Shown here piece by piece: positions 18,509 through 28,629 of a DNA stretch of 64,000 nucleotides. Source of the DNA: a virus; the IMG/VR virus record IMGVR_UViG_3300029258_004380, positions 3,558-67,557 of that record. One strand, given 5' to 3'. Within the stretch, counting starts at the first letter, position 1. Every line of letters starts with the position of its first letter. Below the pieces are notes generated by a model that did not search any database, was not told where the DNA came from, and saw only the letters and a program-made list of their open reading frames with translations. The position numbers and the translations under genes were made by a program.

Positions 18509-20026
18509 TCAATGTCTCCCCTCGTTGACCTTGCCAAACGACGCCAGCTCGGCAAAGTTGCCCATCTCCTCCATCAATTCCTTGTACTCCCTGAGGCAGT
18601 CGCCTACGTCCTTGAGATTCTCCGCTGCTAAGTGCGGGTTGGCGATCTCCCGCAAGTAGGTCTCGGTCTCGGGCGTAACCTCCAGCGGCCTGAGGATGTC
18701 GCCCTCCAACCCGGCCGGCGAGACGTAGACGATCCAGCCCATCGGCCGCTGGTTGTCGCCCAGGCGAATGCGGGTGTTGCGCTGTGCGCCGCCGGTGGTG
18801 TCGAAATAGAACCCGCAGATCCGCTCCATCCCTACCGAAAGCCAGTGAGTGTGCCCGGATAGCACGCGGCGGTACTGCTGCTCAGGCGGCATCCCCCGGT
18901 GCTTTACCAACAGTTCGTCCTTGATCGCCTCGATAAAAGCCGGCGAGTTGGGAGAGTGTTTCGAGTAGCCGAAACCGTGGCGGATCAACACGTTGTAGTA
19001 CCCGCTGGCGGCCAAGTTCACCGTGCAGTTGTCGAAAGTGTACACCAGGTCTACGTCGGGGATGTCCTGAATGAGCCCGAAACATCTCCAGTAGAGCGAC
19101 TCGGCCATGCTCACCCCGTGGGCGTACTCGTGGTTGCCCCGCATGAAGATGCAGCGGATCGGGGCGCTGCTCACCGAACGGATCGCCTGCAGGTAATGGC
19201 GGGTCTTGATCGCGCCCACGGCGATCTGCTCGGGCACGTCGTTGGTGGCCATGTCCAAGTCCTGATTCTTGTAGATTCCACTGCCCGCGATCCAGTCGTC
19301 CCACCCCACCAACTGAATTCTTTCCGGCTCGTACTGCTCGATCAGCACCAGCAGTTTCTGCGTCATCGACTCCACACAGCTAAGCAGGTGATTTTTGTCG
19401 CCGTGGTGGTCGTCGCTGCGGCGGATCGTCAGTAGTCCCCCCGTCCGCCCGGCGCTCTTAGCGTGCTGCGCCCAGGTCAGCTGCTGCTCCAGCCGGGCGA
19501 CCTTGGCCTCCAGTTCCCTGATCGTGGCCCGGTCGTCCGTCTCTGCCGGTGGATTGAGGGCGTCGCGGCGCATCTGCTGGCGGGCTTCCCGCCGACGGGC
19601 GGCAACCTCCTTGGCCGTGGGCTGCTGAGCGTCCTCATGTACAGTTTCTTCTTTCTCGGGCGAGACCCCATGTACAGTTTCTGCGGGTTCCAGCGACGGA
19701 CCATGTACAGTGAGGTCTGCGCGCGTTTCGGCGCCCGGCAGCGGCTTGTGGATCTCACCGGGGAGGCTAGCCACGCGAGGCGGCTCCTCGGCGGGTGGCG
19801 TTTCATGTACAGGCTGTTGCCCAAAGGTCAACCGCTGGTCGCCGTAGAGCACGGCGCTGTCGGTAATCCGCAGGTGCCCGGAACGAAAGTGCGAGGCCCA
19901 GCCAGCGACGGTCCGCCGGGGCACGTTCAGCTGCCGGGCGACCTCGCGGGGGCTGAGGTTGGCTTCCTCCAGCAGGCGGATGGCTTCGGTAATCACTTCC
20001 GGCGCGTGGGGGGTATTTCTGTTCAT
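18509..20026 (-). CDS. HTH plus calcineurin-like metallophosphoesterase
   Basis: N-terminal PREVARQLNVPRRTV; SDDHHG, GWDDW, GNHE, HG, GHTH. Confidence 0.8.
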   Translation of the reverse strand: MNRNTPHAPEVITEAIRLLEEANLSPREVARQLNVPRRTVAGWASHFRSGHLRITDSAVLYGDQRLTFGQQPVHETPPAEEPPRVASLPGEIHKPLPGAETRADLTVHGPSLEPAETVHGVSPEKEETVHEDAQQPTAKEVAARRREARQQMRRDALNPPAETDDRATIRELEAKVARLEQQLTWAQHAKSAGRTGGLLTIRRSDDHHGDKNHLLSCVESMTQKLLVLIEQYEPERIQLVGWDDWIAGSGIYKNQDLDMATNDVPEQIAVGAIKTRHYLQAIRSVSSAPIRCIFMRGNHEYAHGVSMAESLYWRCFGLIQDIPDVDLVYTFDNCTVNLAASGYYNVLIRHGFGYSKHSPNSPAFIEAIKDELLVKHRGMPPEQQYRRVLSGHTHWLSVGMERICGFYFDTTGGAQRNTRIRLGDNQRPMGWIVYVSPAGLEGDILRPLEVTPETETYLREIANPHLAAENLKDVGDCLREYKELMEEMGNFAELASFGKVNEGRH

Positions 20027-20736
20027 TTAGTTGCCAGCAGACCCTCGATAGACTCGTGGCCGGGGTCTCCCAGCACGGCGTCCATCAGGCCGTGGTCTAC
20101 TGCCTCTTTGGCGCTTAGGTAAAACTCTTGTTTCTCCTCCACACGGCGGCGAATCCACTCTTTGATTCGCTCGCGAGACCATTTTTTCCGCTTAAAGATG
20201 GGGCCCCGTACGCAGCGATCGGCGTAGATCGCCAGCATCCGGTCGGTGAGGATCTTCTCCCACTCGGCCTCGGAGATCACCGAAGCGAGGTTGCCCGCCA
20301 GATCGGAGGTGCCTAGATGGATCAAGAAATCGGCGTGGGGCATAATCACCCGCTTGCTGGCAGCCTGTGGGATGATCGAGGACATCGAGCGAGCGTGGGC
20401 GTGGGCCAGCAGAATGACCGGGGCCCGGCTGCTGGCGAGGGCATCGTAGATCGCCATGCCGAAATTCCAGTCTCCTCCGTTGCTGATCTGGTGCAAAAGA
20501 ATGGGGGCGCTGGAGATCTGGTTGAGGATGCGGATATTCTTGATGACGTTGGCAGCTACAAAGCCGTCGATCATTAGCTCCGGCGAATATCCGTGCCAGT
20601 GGAGAAAGACCTCCCGATGGTCGATGTTGATGCCGAACTCGTGGACATCGTAGACCAGTTCGCTGCGCTGCGAGATGGATCGCTGTGGGGGGCGAGAGGC
20701 GGCGCTCCCACGGCGCTTTCCGCCACAATTAGGCAC
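20023..20736 (-). CDS. clpP: ClpP-like protease
   Basis: SNGGD...AIYD, ARSMSSII.QA, R.IMPHA.FLIH, YLSAKEAVDHGLMD. Confidence 0.85.
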   Translation of the reverse strand: MPNCGGKRRGSAASRPPQRSISQRSELVYDVHEFGINIDHREVFLHWHGYSPELMIDGFVAANVIKNIRILNQISSAPILLHQISNGGDWNFGMAIYDALASSRAPVILLAHAHARSMSSIIPQAASKRVIMPHADFLIHLGTSDLAGNLASVISEAEWEKILTDRMLAIYADRCVRGPIFKRKKWSRERIKEWIRRRVEEKQEFYLSAKEAVDHGLMDAVLGDPGHESIEGLLATK

Positions 20737-20783
20737 AGTCAGCCTCCGGGTTTCGGTAACTGCTGGTTAGGGCCGTCGGTCAG

Positions 20784-21599
20784 CTAGGGCAGCATGTCGG
20801 GCGTAGCCCCGCAGTCGACCAGGGCGTTGAGCAGGTTCTCCCTGCCCCAGCGGCCGTCAATGTTGGCGATTCCTGCCTCTTCAACCACGTCGCCGATGGC
20901 CTTGAGTTGGTCGGTAGTGAGGGCGTCTAGCGCAGCGTGCTGGGCAGCGGCGTCGCCCTCCTCAGAAACCTCCTCACCGACTGGCTCAGGGGCGTCGGGG
21001 GCCTCAGGGACCTCGACCACCGTCTCGGGCGCCGGGGGCGCCGGTGGGGCGGGTGGGGTGACAACCGAAAGTTCCTCGGCAACAGGTTCCTCGGCAACAG
21101 ATTTACCGGGATCGCCGGCCACGCCGGTCGGGCCGGAATCGTCCACGACCTCAGGCGGTGCGGCGGGCACCTCACCGACGAGGTCGTCGGGCTGTGAGAG
21201 CACAACCTCTGCAGCCTCATCCGCCTCTTTCGCCAGGGGCGACAGGACCTCGGGGGCCGGCACCGGATCTTCCGGCACCTGCACCAGATCGGCAGGCGTC
21301 TTGCCGGCAGCAACCAAGGTCTTGATCAGTTCCGCCCGCCCGGCGTCCACCACCGGCGGGTCGAGCCGCTGGCCCAACACGTTCAAATCGTCGTCAGGCA
21401 AGGTCTCCAGGGCGGCGTACTCGGGGGACATCTCCTCAGGCAGCGACTCCTCGACCGCCGGCTCCTTGACCGCCTCGGCGGCAGGTGCGGGGGTCCCGGC
21501 AGGCGCTTCCAGCTTGGCGGGGGTCTCCCCCCTGGCGGCCATCTGTTCCCTTACTCTTGCCTGAGTGATCTCAGGTGCAGATCCAAAATTCATCGGCAT
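20784..21599 (-). CDS. Pro/Glu/Ala-rich protein with two small helical repeat domains
   Basis: Two AL..L..D.L...GR..L...L...G.TP units. Confidence 0.7.
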   Translation of the reverse strand: MPMNFGSAPEITQARVREQMAARGETPAKLEAPAGTPAPAAEAVKEPAVEESLPEEMSPEYAALETLPDDDLNVLGQRLDPPVVDAGRAELIKTLVAAGKTPADLVQVPEDPVPAPEVLSPLAKEADEAAEVVLSQPDDLVGEVPAAPPEVVDDSGPTGVAGDPGKSVAEEPVAEELSVVTPPAPPAPPAPETVVEVPEAPDAPEPVGEEVSEEGDAAAQHAALDALTTDQLKAIGDVVEEAGIANIDGRWGRENLLNALVDCGATPDMLP

Positions 21600-21605
21600 C
21601 TTTGT

Positions 21606-21857
21606 CTACCCTTTCGTATCAGGTGTGCGGTGTGGTTCCAACTGTCGTTTCCAGACTGCCTTGGCAGTTGCTAGAGGCACCAAAACTTTCTCACTCTCGC
21701 CGGGGATGGTGCTTACTTCGCCCAGTTCGTCGTCGAGCAGTAGACTGCGGAGCACCACCACTTGGTCAGGCAAGGGAAACTCTCCGGCCAAGTACTGCTG
21801 CGGTCCCATCGTGGGCTACTGGGTTGAAACACCAAAACCGTGTACAGAAAAACTCAT
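21606..21857 (-). pseudogene. ORF with in-frame TAG at 21816-21818
   Basis: TAATG-coupled to the sbcC stop, in frame with ORF 21606..21809. Confidence 0.5.
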
Positions 21858-23986
21858 TATGTGGCAATTTGTGAAATGCCTCCAATCTTTTCGACCCTCA
21901 CCCGGCGGGAGAACATCGCCTTGAGGTCTTCGTCGTGGCTGATCACCAGCAGCGTGCCCACCCGTGGGGCCACCACCCGGTTAAGCAGGTCCACTACCCG
22001 CTCCTTACCCTCCGCGTCCAAGCCGTCAAAGGGCTCGTCCAGCAGGCGGATGCCCACCGGGGCCATTGCCCGCGAGGCGGCTAGGTCACCCAGGGCCAGC
22101 ATGATGGGAATGTCGGCCCGGCGGAGTTCCCCGCCGGAGATCCCCTTTCGGCTTTTAGCCCCCTGTTGGTAGGATACAGCGACCTGGAACTTTTCCCGCA
22201 GCGAGCCGTCTTTGAGCCGGGTCTGGGTGCCAAACTCGACCCGGGCCCCATCGCCAACCAGCACCTCCAGGTACTCGCCCGCCCGCTTGTTCAAGAACGG
22301 CACGCAGGTGTCCAGCAGCAGGCTCTTAACCCCCGCGTTCCCGAAACCAGTTACCCAGTACTCCTGGTATGGAATTGCGCGCTCGAACAGGCTCAGGTAG
22401 CCGTGCCGTCGCTCAAAACGCCCCTGTAGCTGGGTTAGACGGTCCCTTTCGGTAGCAATTAGGGCAGTGTACGGTGAGGTCTGTTTCGTAACCCGTTGCA
22501 GAGACTCCTCTGCAATCGCCAGATCACGCCCATACGCCGCCTGTGCGTCCCGCTGGGCGTCTCGGCGCTGGCTGAGGTCTCTCAACGCCTCCTGGGCCTG
22601 GAGCGCCTCAGAGACGATCTGACGGGCTCTGGCGAGGACATCCTCCAGCTTGGCGATCTCTGCCTCTATCCCAGTCTGCTGCTGCTTGAGTTCTGAGATC
22701 GAATTGTCAATATCACTATTATGTTTGTGGTCCTCCTGCCAGTTCTCGTACTGCACCGCCTCGTCACAGCACCGCTGGGTAGACTCCAAGGCCCCGCGAT
22801 GCTTGGTGAGCAGGTCCTGAGCGAGTTCGATCTCCCCCTCGGCGGTTTCGAGTTCGTCGGCGTGGGAGCCAAAGAGGTGCTCCTTGGCCTCCTCGGAGAG
22901 TTTTTGGCCGCAGTAGCGGCAGTCGGTGGTCTCATTCCGCAGCTGGATCTGGCGGATAGCCTTGTCGGCAACCTGCCGTTGCTCGGTAACCTTGGTCTCG
23001 GCCCGCAGCACGTCCTTCTCGATGGCGCTGATCTGCTGGGCATAGTGCTCGGAGGGAAACTCCGGTTCGGGAGGCGGCTGGTCGGTGATCTTGCACCGCT
23101 GCTGGCCGAGTGACTGGACCCGCCCCTGGATTTCTCCCCACCGTTTGCGACAGTTGGAGACCGCCGTCTCGGCCTGGGTAGAAACCAAGTGGGCCTTCTT
23201 GATCTTTTTCGTCTCCTCGGAGAGGGCCTCGATCTGCTCGTCGAGCGTCTCGTCGACCACCGGCGGGTTTTCTTTCAGCCTTGAAATCTCGGCAGTAGCC
23301 CTCGAAATTTCAATGCGTTTGGTCTCCTCGAACTCGTGCTGCTGCTGCTTGAGTCGCTCCAAAGACTGGCGACCATTGCCGACCTGCTGCTGCAGGTGGG
23401 CGATGTTGTCGCGGGCTCGCTGGGCGTCCCTCTCCAGCTGGGCAAGGCGGGCCTTTTTTCTCGCCTGAGCCTCGGCAAACCGCCCGGCGCTCAAGAGGCG
23501 TTCGAGGATCGCCTTCTGGGCCGCGTCGGTGTTGGAAGCAAAGCCAGAAAAATCCTGACCGAACAGCACACAATTGGAGAAGGTAGGAAAGTCCAGCCGG
23601 AGGATCTCCTCGATCTTCTGTTGGGTGTCGCGGTTGCTAGATCCAGTGATGTCGTGGCCGTTGACCTTGAGAATGCACCTGTCTTTGTGCTGGTGATGTT
23701 TGCGGTAGCGAGCAACCACCACCCGGTCGCCGTCGTTGTCCAAGACGACCTCAGCAAAGGTGTTTCCCGCGATCGGCTTGTCGGTCTGGTGGTCGCAGCG
23801 GATTACTTCGTCGGCCCGCTGATCACTCAGCGGGTTGTCGAATAGACACCAGCTGAGCGACTTGAGAATGCTGCTCTTGCCCGCCCCGTTGGAACCCTCC
23901 AGCAAACACAGCCCCAGGTCGTCCAGCCGGATGTCCAGCGACTGGTAGGAAAACAGATCGGCGGTTTGCAGGCGGAGAGGTTTCAT
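21857..23986 (-). CDS. sbcC: SbcC/Rad50 (gp46-like) ATPase
   Basis: GSNGAGKS, coiled coil, CRYC hook, ISGGE, LLDEPF, ISH. Confidence 0.93.
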   Translation of the reverse strand: MKPLRLQTADLFSYQSLDIRLDDLGLCLLEGSNGAGKSSILKSLSWCLFDNPLSDQRADEVIRCDHQTDKPIAGNTFAEVVLDNDGDRVVVARYRKHHQHKDRCILKVNGHDITGSSNRDTQQKIEEILRLDFPTFSNCVLFGQDFSGFASNTDAAQKAILERLLSAGRFAEAQARKKARLAQLERDAQRARDNIAHLQQQVGNGRQSLERLKQQQHEFEETKRIEISRATAEISRLKENPPVVDETLDEQIEALSEETKKIKKAHLVSTQAETAVSNCRKRWGEIQGRVQSLGQQRCKITDQPPPEPEFPSEHYAQQISAIEKDVLRAETKVTEQRQVADKAIRQIQLRNETTDCRYCGQKLSEEAKEHLFGSHADELETAEGEIELAQDLLTKHRGALESTQRCCDEAVQYENWQEDHKHNSDIDNSISELKQQQTGIEAEIAKLEDVLARARQIVSEALQAQEALRDLSQRRDAQRDAQAAYGRDLAIAEESLQRVTKQTSPYTALIATERDRLTQLQGRFERRHGYLSLFERAIPYQEYWVTGFGNAGVKSLLLDTCVPFLNKRAGEYLEVLVGDGARVEFGTQTRLKDGSLREKFQVAVSYQQGAKSRKGISGGELRRADIPIMLALGDLAASRAMAPVGIRLLDEPFDGLDAEGKERVVDLLNRVVAPRVGTLLVISHDEDLKAMFSRRVRVEKIGGISQIAT

Positions 23987-23987
23987 G

Positions 23988-24083
23988 CTAGTCCAGCCGT
24001 CTCTTGACCCGCCTTAGGGTGTCGAAAGTCTCGTTTAGGACCCGAAGAAACTCCGGGGCGTAGTCTTCGAGTTGGTTTTCCAC
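23988..24083 (-). CDS. 31-aa small protein
   Basis: AAGGAGGT RBS, GTG start, fills the gap. Confidence 0.5.
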   Translation of the reverse strand: MENQLEDYAPEFLRVLNETFDTLRRVKRRLD

Positions 24084-24097
24084 AAACACCTCCTTTG

Positions 24098-24628
24098 TTA
24101 CGGTTCCCAGACCTGTCCACGGGCCAGCGACTTGCAGCCGCCGATCTGGTCCTCAAAACACTCGTGGCGAACCCCCGCCTCTTTGAGCATCGCTAGGCCC
24201 TTGTCCACCTCACTGTCCCAGTGGTCGGAGAGTTCTTTGTATTTTTGGTGCATCGCGGCATGGGAGATCACCCGCGAGATCCCCGCGTCGATGATCGCCT
24301 GAGCGCACCCCCGGCAGCAGGCCCAGGTCGCCAGCAGCGTCTTGCCCTGGGTGCGGATGCCCCGGCGGGCGGCGCGGTAGATCACCGCCCGTTCGGCATG
24401 GATGATGTTGTGATACTTCTCCGGGCGGGTGAGATTCTCCTCGGTCCCCCGGATGCCCAGCGGCAGACGGTTGGCCTCGGCCAGCAGCATCGCCTGCAGT
24501 CCCCCGACCTGGTCCCAGCCGACGTCCAAAAGCAGCGAGGCCGTCTTAGTATCGCGGTCGTCGGACCAGGCCCAAGCGATCATGTAGGCCCGCCTGAGGT
24601 AGTCACGTATCTTTTCGTATTCAATCAC
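24098..24628 (-). CDS. dCMP deaminase
   Basis: HAE...ACCRGCAQAIIDAGI; GTGA coupling. Confidence 0.9.
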   Translation of the reverse strand: MIEYEKIRDYLRRAYMIAWAWSDDRDTKTASLLLDVGWDQVGGLQAMLLAEANRLPLGIRGTEENLTRPEKYHNIIHAERAVIYRAARRGIRTQGKTLLATWACCRGCAQAIIDAGISRVISHAAMHQKYKELSDHWDSEVDKGLAMLKEAGVRHECFEDQIGGCKSLARGQVWEP

Positions 24629-24963
24629 TCGGTCATCTCCCCGTAAAGTTCGTGAAAGATCTGCTGTGCTCTCGACGATCGCAAGTCGTCGATTCCCTCC
24701 CGACCACAACAAACCCGCCAAAGGGCAACCATCTCGTCGGTGATATTTCCGAGAACTGCGTTGTAGGTGGTATTGAACGAGAGTCCGGTAATCTGCAACT
24801 GGATCAGCGCCTCCTGGATGATGGCCAGCCCCTTGGGCGTGACCACGTAGGTCACCTGCTCGTCCTCCTTGGGGCAGGTTTGCCGATTTGGGTTGTGGAC
24901 GCAGTAGGTGTCGTGCGGCTGGTAGGCCAAGTCGGCACCGCAGCAAGGACACAAAGACGGCAT
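24625..24963 (-). CDS. hypothetical protein
   Basis: GGAGGAG RBS; CPCCG...H..YC.HNP. Confidence 0.65.
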   Translation of the reverse strand: MPSLCPCCGADLAYQPHDTYCVHNPNRQTCPKEDEQVTYVVTPKGLAIIQEALIQLQITGLSFNTTYNAVLGNITDEMVALWRVCCGREGIDDLRSSRAQQIFHELYGEMTE

Positions 24964-24964
24964 C

Positions 24965-25696
24965 TCACTCCTCCTCCAAGGGCACTTGCTCAAAATATCT
25001 CTGCTGCAGCTTGGCGTAGCCCGCGTCGAGGATCTGCCGGGCCCGCTCGGGGCTGATCCCAAATCGGTCACCAATCTCCCGCAGGGTCTGCAGTCTCAGG
25101 CGGCGAATAATCACCGCCCGGGTCCGCCAGGATAGGCCGCGAAGGGCGGTTCGCAGCCATTTGGACTGGGCGCGGGAGATGGGCCGCGACGGCAGCGGGT
25201 CGCGATCCGCCGCCACTAGAGTGTCCCTCCAGAGCTGCGAGCCGTCCGGGCCGGTCGTGTCCAGCGAGAACACCGGACGCATCGCCTGCCGGGCGTACGG
25301 GGCGAACTTGTGTGGGGGCTTGCCGTTTCCCAGCTGCTTCTGCACGTAGCTGGGAACGCGGACAATCGAGTTGGTCTTTGTCAGGGCGCTCCAGATCGCC
25401 TGTCTGATCCACCACGACGCGTAGGTGCTCAGCCGGGTACCACGGTCGGGATTGAACCGGTCCACCGCACGGATCAGACCCACATTACCCCAGCCGATGG
25501 CGTCGTCGAGTTCGTGGGGTCGCTTGGCCGTCAGACGGGTGGCCATGCGAATCACCCAGGGCAGGTGGCTGCGGATCAGCTGTTCGCGGGCCTCGGCGTC
25601 GCCAGCCTCTTTGCGAACGGCCAGTTTGTGCTCCTCCTCGCGGGAGAGGGGGCCCTTGTAGCCGATCTGCTCCCAGTAAACAGCAAAGGTGTCCAT
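24965..25696 (-). CDS. sigma-70 family factor (RpoD/RpoS-like)
   Basis: GNVGLIRAVDRFNPDRGTRLSTYASWWIRQAI; TLREIG..FGISPERARQI. Confidence 0.93.
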   Translation of the reverse strand: MDTFAVYWEQIGYKGPLSREEEHKLAVRKEAGDAEAREQLIRSHLPWVIRMATRLTAKRPHELDDAIGWGNVGLIRAVDRFNPDRGTRLSTYASWWIRQAIWSALTKTNSIVRVPSYVQKQLGNGKPPHKFAPYARQAMRPVFSLDTTGPDGSQLWRDTLVAADRDPLPSRPISRAQSKWLRTALRGLSWRTRAVIIRRLRLQTLREIGDRFGISPERARQILDAGYAKLQQRYFEQVPLEEE

Positions 25697-26767
25697 CTAC
25701 TGCTGGTCTCCTGCCAGTTCTGCCAACCCCTCCTCCAACAAGCGGTCGGGATCGAGGTCGCCGTGGGGGTTTGTCTCTATCCACGCCTGCAGCAACGCCC
25801 TGTCATTGCCCACGACCTCCTCGGAGACCCGCTGCAACTGGGCGGGCCCCTCGCGGATCTGCTCGATCATCAACCGGGGGTACGTCTCTTTCATCCCCAA
25901 TGCGGCCTTCTCCCAGTAGGCGTCGTAGCGGAGCTTGACAAAATCACGAGAGAGGTCCGCGCCACTGGGTTCGAGCATCCCATTGCTGGGGTCGGGGTCG
26001 TTCTCGGCGGCAGTGAACAGGTAAAACTTGGGAGCGACGGTCTCGACGGTCTCAATCTCCAACGTCTCGGTGTCGAGGATCGAAAACGCCTTGGCCTCGT
26101 CCCGCTCGCCAAAATTCAGCTGCAGCGGCGAGCCCACGTAGTGAAACCGGCCTCCGGCCAAATCCTGCCGCTTGTGGATGTCGCCGGAGATCACCTTGCG
26201 GACGTGCTGCCAAGCGATGTCGTCAACGCTCAGCTTGGGCTTGCTAGGGCTGTCGGCCGGTCCGGGGATGGCCTCGACCACCGGCTGGTGGAGAAAGACC
26301 ACGTCGGTAGTCGCGTGAATCCTCGAAAGGTGCCCCCGCAGAGTCTCATCGTCGGCGGTAAAGGGAAAGAGTTTGATCCGCAGTCCTCTCTCCCAGGAGT
26401 TCTCCTCGCACCACGGCTGGTCGACGACGGTAGCGAACTGCCTAAAGGGCTCCAGCGAGTGCAGATCTCCAACCCGCGAGCACTGATCGTGGTTGCCAAC
26501 AACCAAGTAGAGCTTGTCCAGTTCTGCCGCCAGCGCGTAAAACGCCTTGTAGGTCTCGGAGAAGACCTCGATGTCAATCTTGGTACGGCTGTGAAACAGG
26601 TCTCCCAGAAACACGCAGACCTTGATCTGCCGCTGTTGGCAGAACCCCTTGGCCTGCTCGACAATGTTTAGCGAATCGACCAGCCGCGAGTTGAGCCCGT
26701 TGGCCAGCCGAGTGGAGAACTGGGCGTGGTTGTGGGCGTGCAAATCTGCGAAACAGAGGATTTTCAT
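25697..26767 (-). CDS. sbcD: SbcD/Mre11 (gp47-like) nuclease
   Basis: ADLH, GDLF, GNHD, GDIH, YVGSP.Q.NFGE. Confidence 0.92.
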   Translation of the reverse strand: MKILCFADLHAHNHAQFSTRLANGLNSRLVDSLNIVEQAKGFCQQRQIKVCVFLGDLFHSRTKIDIEVFSETYKAFYALAAELDKLYLVVGNHDQCSRVGDLHSLEPFRQFATVVDQPWCEENSWERGLRIKLFPFTADDETLRGHLSRIHATTDVVFLHQPVVEAIPGPADSPSKPKLSVDDIAWQHVRKVISGDIHKRQDLAGGRFHYVGSPLQLNFGERDEAKAFSILDTETLEIETVETVAPKFYLFTAAENDPDPSNGMLEPSGADLSRDFVKLRYDAYWEKAALGMKETYPRLMIEQIREGPAQLQRVSEEVVGNDRALLQAWIETNPHGDLDPDRLLEEGLAELAGDQQ

Positions 26768-26771
26768 GTGT

Positions 26772-27575
26772 TTATTCTTCTCCCATCGCCAGTTTCGAGA
26801 GTTCCAACAAGCATCGCTCCTCCTCCTCCTGTTGGAGAGCAAACTCCTCCTCCTCACGGTATTCGAGTCCGCAGTCGTAGAGCACCGGGAGCACATCCTG
26901 AGAGGCAGCGAGGTCGCAGACCCGTTCGGCCCAGGCCAGGTCGGCAGGTTGGCGGACCTGCAGACAGCGGCCTGGCGGGAGCGCACAGAGACCGACCTTA
27001 CCGCAGTCGATCCGCCGGTACTTCCAAAAATTCTCCACCCAAGTCACCTCAGCCACGTGGGCGTAGACGTAATAGGTGTTGCGCCAGTCCCAGGTCATGT
27101 CGGCGGAGAGGTCGGCGGCTAGGCCGCCGTGGCTCCGCCAGAGCCTCGCTCGCTGCGGGTAGACACCAACCACCGAGTCAACCAGCCCAGGACTCCGCAA
27201 GAGGGTGTCCAGCACATTGCGGTAGTCGTCGGCAACGGCCAGCGTCGCCTGCCAGTGGACTCGCAGCACCAGGTCAAAAAACTCCTCCTCGGCATCCTCC
27301 AGTGCGCGGAGGGTCTCGCGGTAGACCAGCGCCTGGCTGGGTTGCTTTTTGGAGGCAGCGACCACCATCGCCCCTGCCTTTTTCAGTCCCCGGCGGACCC
27401 AGGCGTCGTCGCAGTAAACGGCCGTAGCAGCAATCTCTGTCATTTCCTCTAGCAAGCCCAAGCGGTCCTCCACCAAGGGAATTGCCGCCGCCCGCCATGA
27501 TTGCGGCGAGTCAGTGTCGTTGGGGGTGGTGATCGAGAGGATAGCTAGAATGCGATGCATGCGTTTGTTAAACAT
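26772..27575 (-). CDS. hypothetical protein
   Basis: 267-aa ORF in operon. Confidence 0.65.
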   Translation of the reverse strand: MFNKRMHRILAILSITTPNDTDSPQSWRAAAIPLVEDRLGLLEEMTEIAATAVYCDDAWVRRGLKKAGAMVVAASKKQPSQALVYRETLRALEDAEEEFFDLVLRVHWQATLAVADDYRNVLDTLLRSPGLVDSVVGVYPQRARLWRSHGGLAADLSADMTWDWRNTYYVYAHVAEVTWVENFWKYRRIDCGKVGLCALPPGRCLQVRQPADLAWAERVCDLAASQDVLPVLYDCGLEYREEEEFALQQEEEERCLLELSKLAMGEE

Positions 27576-27623
27576 TGAATGCCAAACAAGGAATGCTGAA
27601 GTACGAAAGAGGTCCAGCCAAGT

Positions 27624-28250
27624 TCATTCGGCATCCTTAAAAACCCGAAAGTGTATTTCGATGTTCTGTAAAGGCATATCTGTGTCCATATAAGAACCAA
27701 ACACGGGCTTGCCGTCCGGCCCCTTATTCCAATACGAACCGCCCCACCAACCGTTTAGTGACTTGCGGTGAATCGTAAATCGGCTTCGGGCTATCTGGGC
27801 ACCGTCCCAGGCCCAATCAAGATCCACCATGTCACCACCAAACCCAGCATTGAGTCTGACGGGTTCTTCACCGGGTTTGCTCAGCAGACAATTGGTCTTA
27901 TGCACCTCTTGGGCCAAAACCTCCCAGCCGTCCTCCAGTTCGATCTCCCAGGTGGTCCCTTTCCTATCCTTGTAACCCTTTACCCAGCCATGTTCGTCCC
28001 GAAGGGTCCCCTTGTTACTGGCTATGTGACGCAAGGTATCCTTTGCCGCAATCCTGACAATGATCTTCCATCCATAACCCCCAGGTTTTTCATCCACAGG
28101 ATTCCAAAACTGGTATTTGGTGACCCCAAGAGTTTTTGACTCGCAGCCGTAGTCGGCGAGTGGTTTGAGAGCGAAGGCAGGTGGATTGTCTGCCAATGCC
28201 GCCTGCGACCCGAGTAAGAGAACAAACAGTAATGTTGTCGTTTTAACCAT
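27624..28250 (-). CDS. putative secreted protein
   Basis: AGGAG RBS; signal peptide ending ALA; visibly AT-richer. Confidence 0.75.
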   Translation of the reverse strand: MVKTTTLLFVLLLGSQAALADNPPAFALKPLADYGCESKTLGVTKYQFWNPVDEKPGGYGWKIIVRIAAKDTLRHIASNKGTLRDEHGWVKGYKDRKGTTWEIELEDGWEVLAQEVHKTNCLLSKPGEEPVRLNAGFGGDMVDLDWAWDGAQIARSRFTIHRKSLNGWWGGSYWNKGPDGKPVFGSYMDTDMPLQNIEIHFRVFKDAE

Positions 28251-28293
28251 TACTCTTCTCCTGTTGGAAATCAGTTCAAGATTCAGCGGCCGG

Positions 28294-28629
28294 TCAAGCC
28301 CTGAGTAATCTTTCTGCCATGTCGATCATCGCTGCTGCCAGCGGATGCGGTTTGCTCGTCGGGGCCGTGCCTGAGCGGACCACCTCGCCGTCGTCGCGCT
28401 CCAGCTGCACCCGCCAAAACTCGCCCCGATCACCGTAGAGGTACTCGTTGGTGATCTTGGTGTCGATCAAGTCCATCGCCGCCAAGAGGCGAATCGGCGT
28501 GGGGGCATCTTTGCACTCCTCCATCGCCCGGTGGACCGCGTAGTGGGCCACAGCCTCGGCGTTAAAGGGTTCGCCGGTGAGGATCTGGTAATCCTCAAGC
28601 CACCCTATCAGGGTCGATTTCGAGATCAT
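28294..28629 (-). CDS. hypothetical protein
   Basis: MISKSTLIGW..., overlaps the recA end. Confidence 0.6.
   Translation of the reverse strand: MISKSTLIGWLEDYQILTGEPFNAEAVAHYAVHRAMEECKDAPTPIRLLAAMDLIDTKITNEYLYGDRGEFWRVQLERDDGEVVRSGTAPTSKPHPLAAAMIDMAERLLRA

Noticed and set aside
25310-26671. 453-aa plus-strand ORF
   Set aside because: Antisense to the sigma factor and sbcD; no motifs
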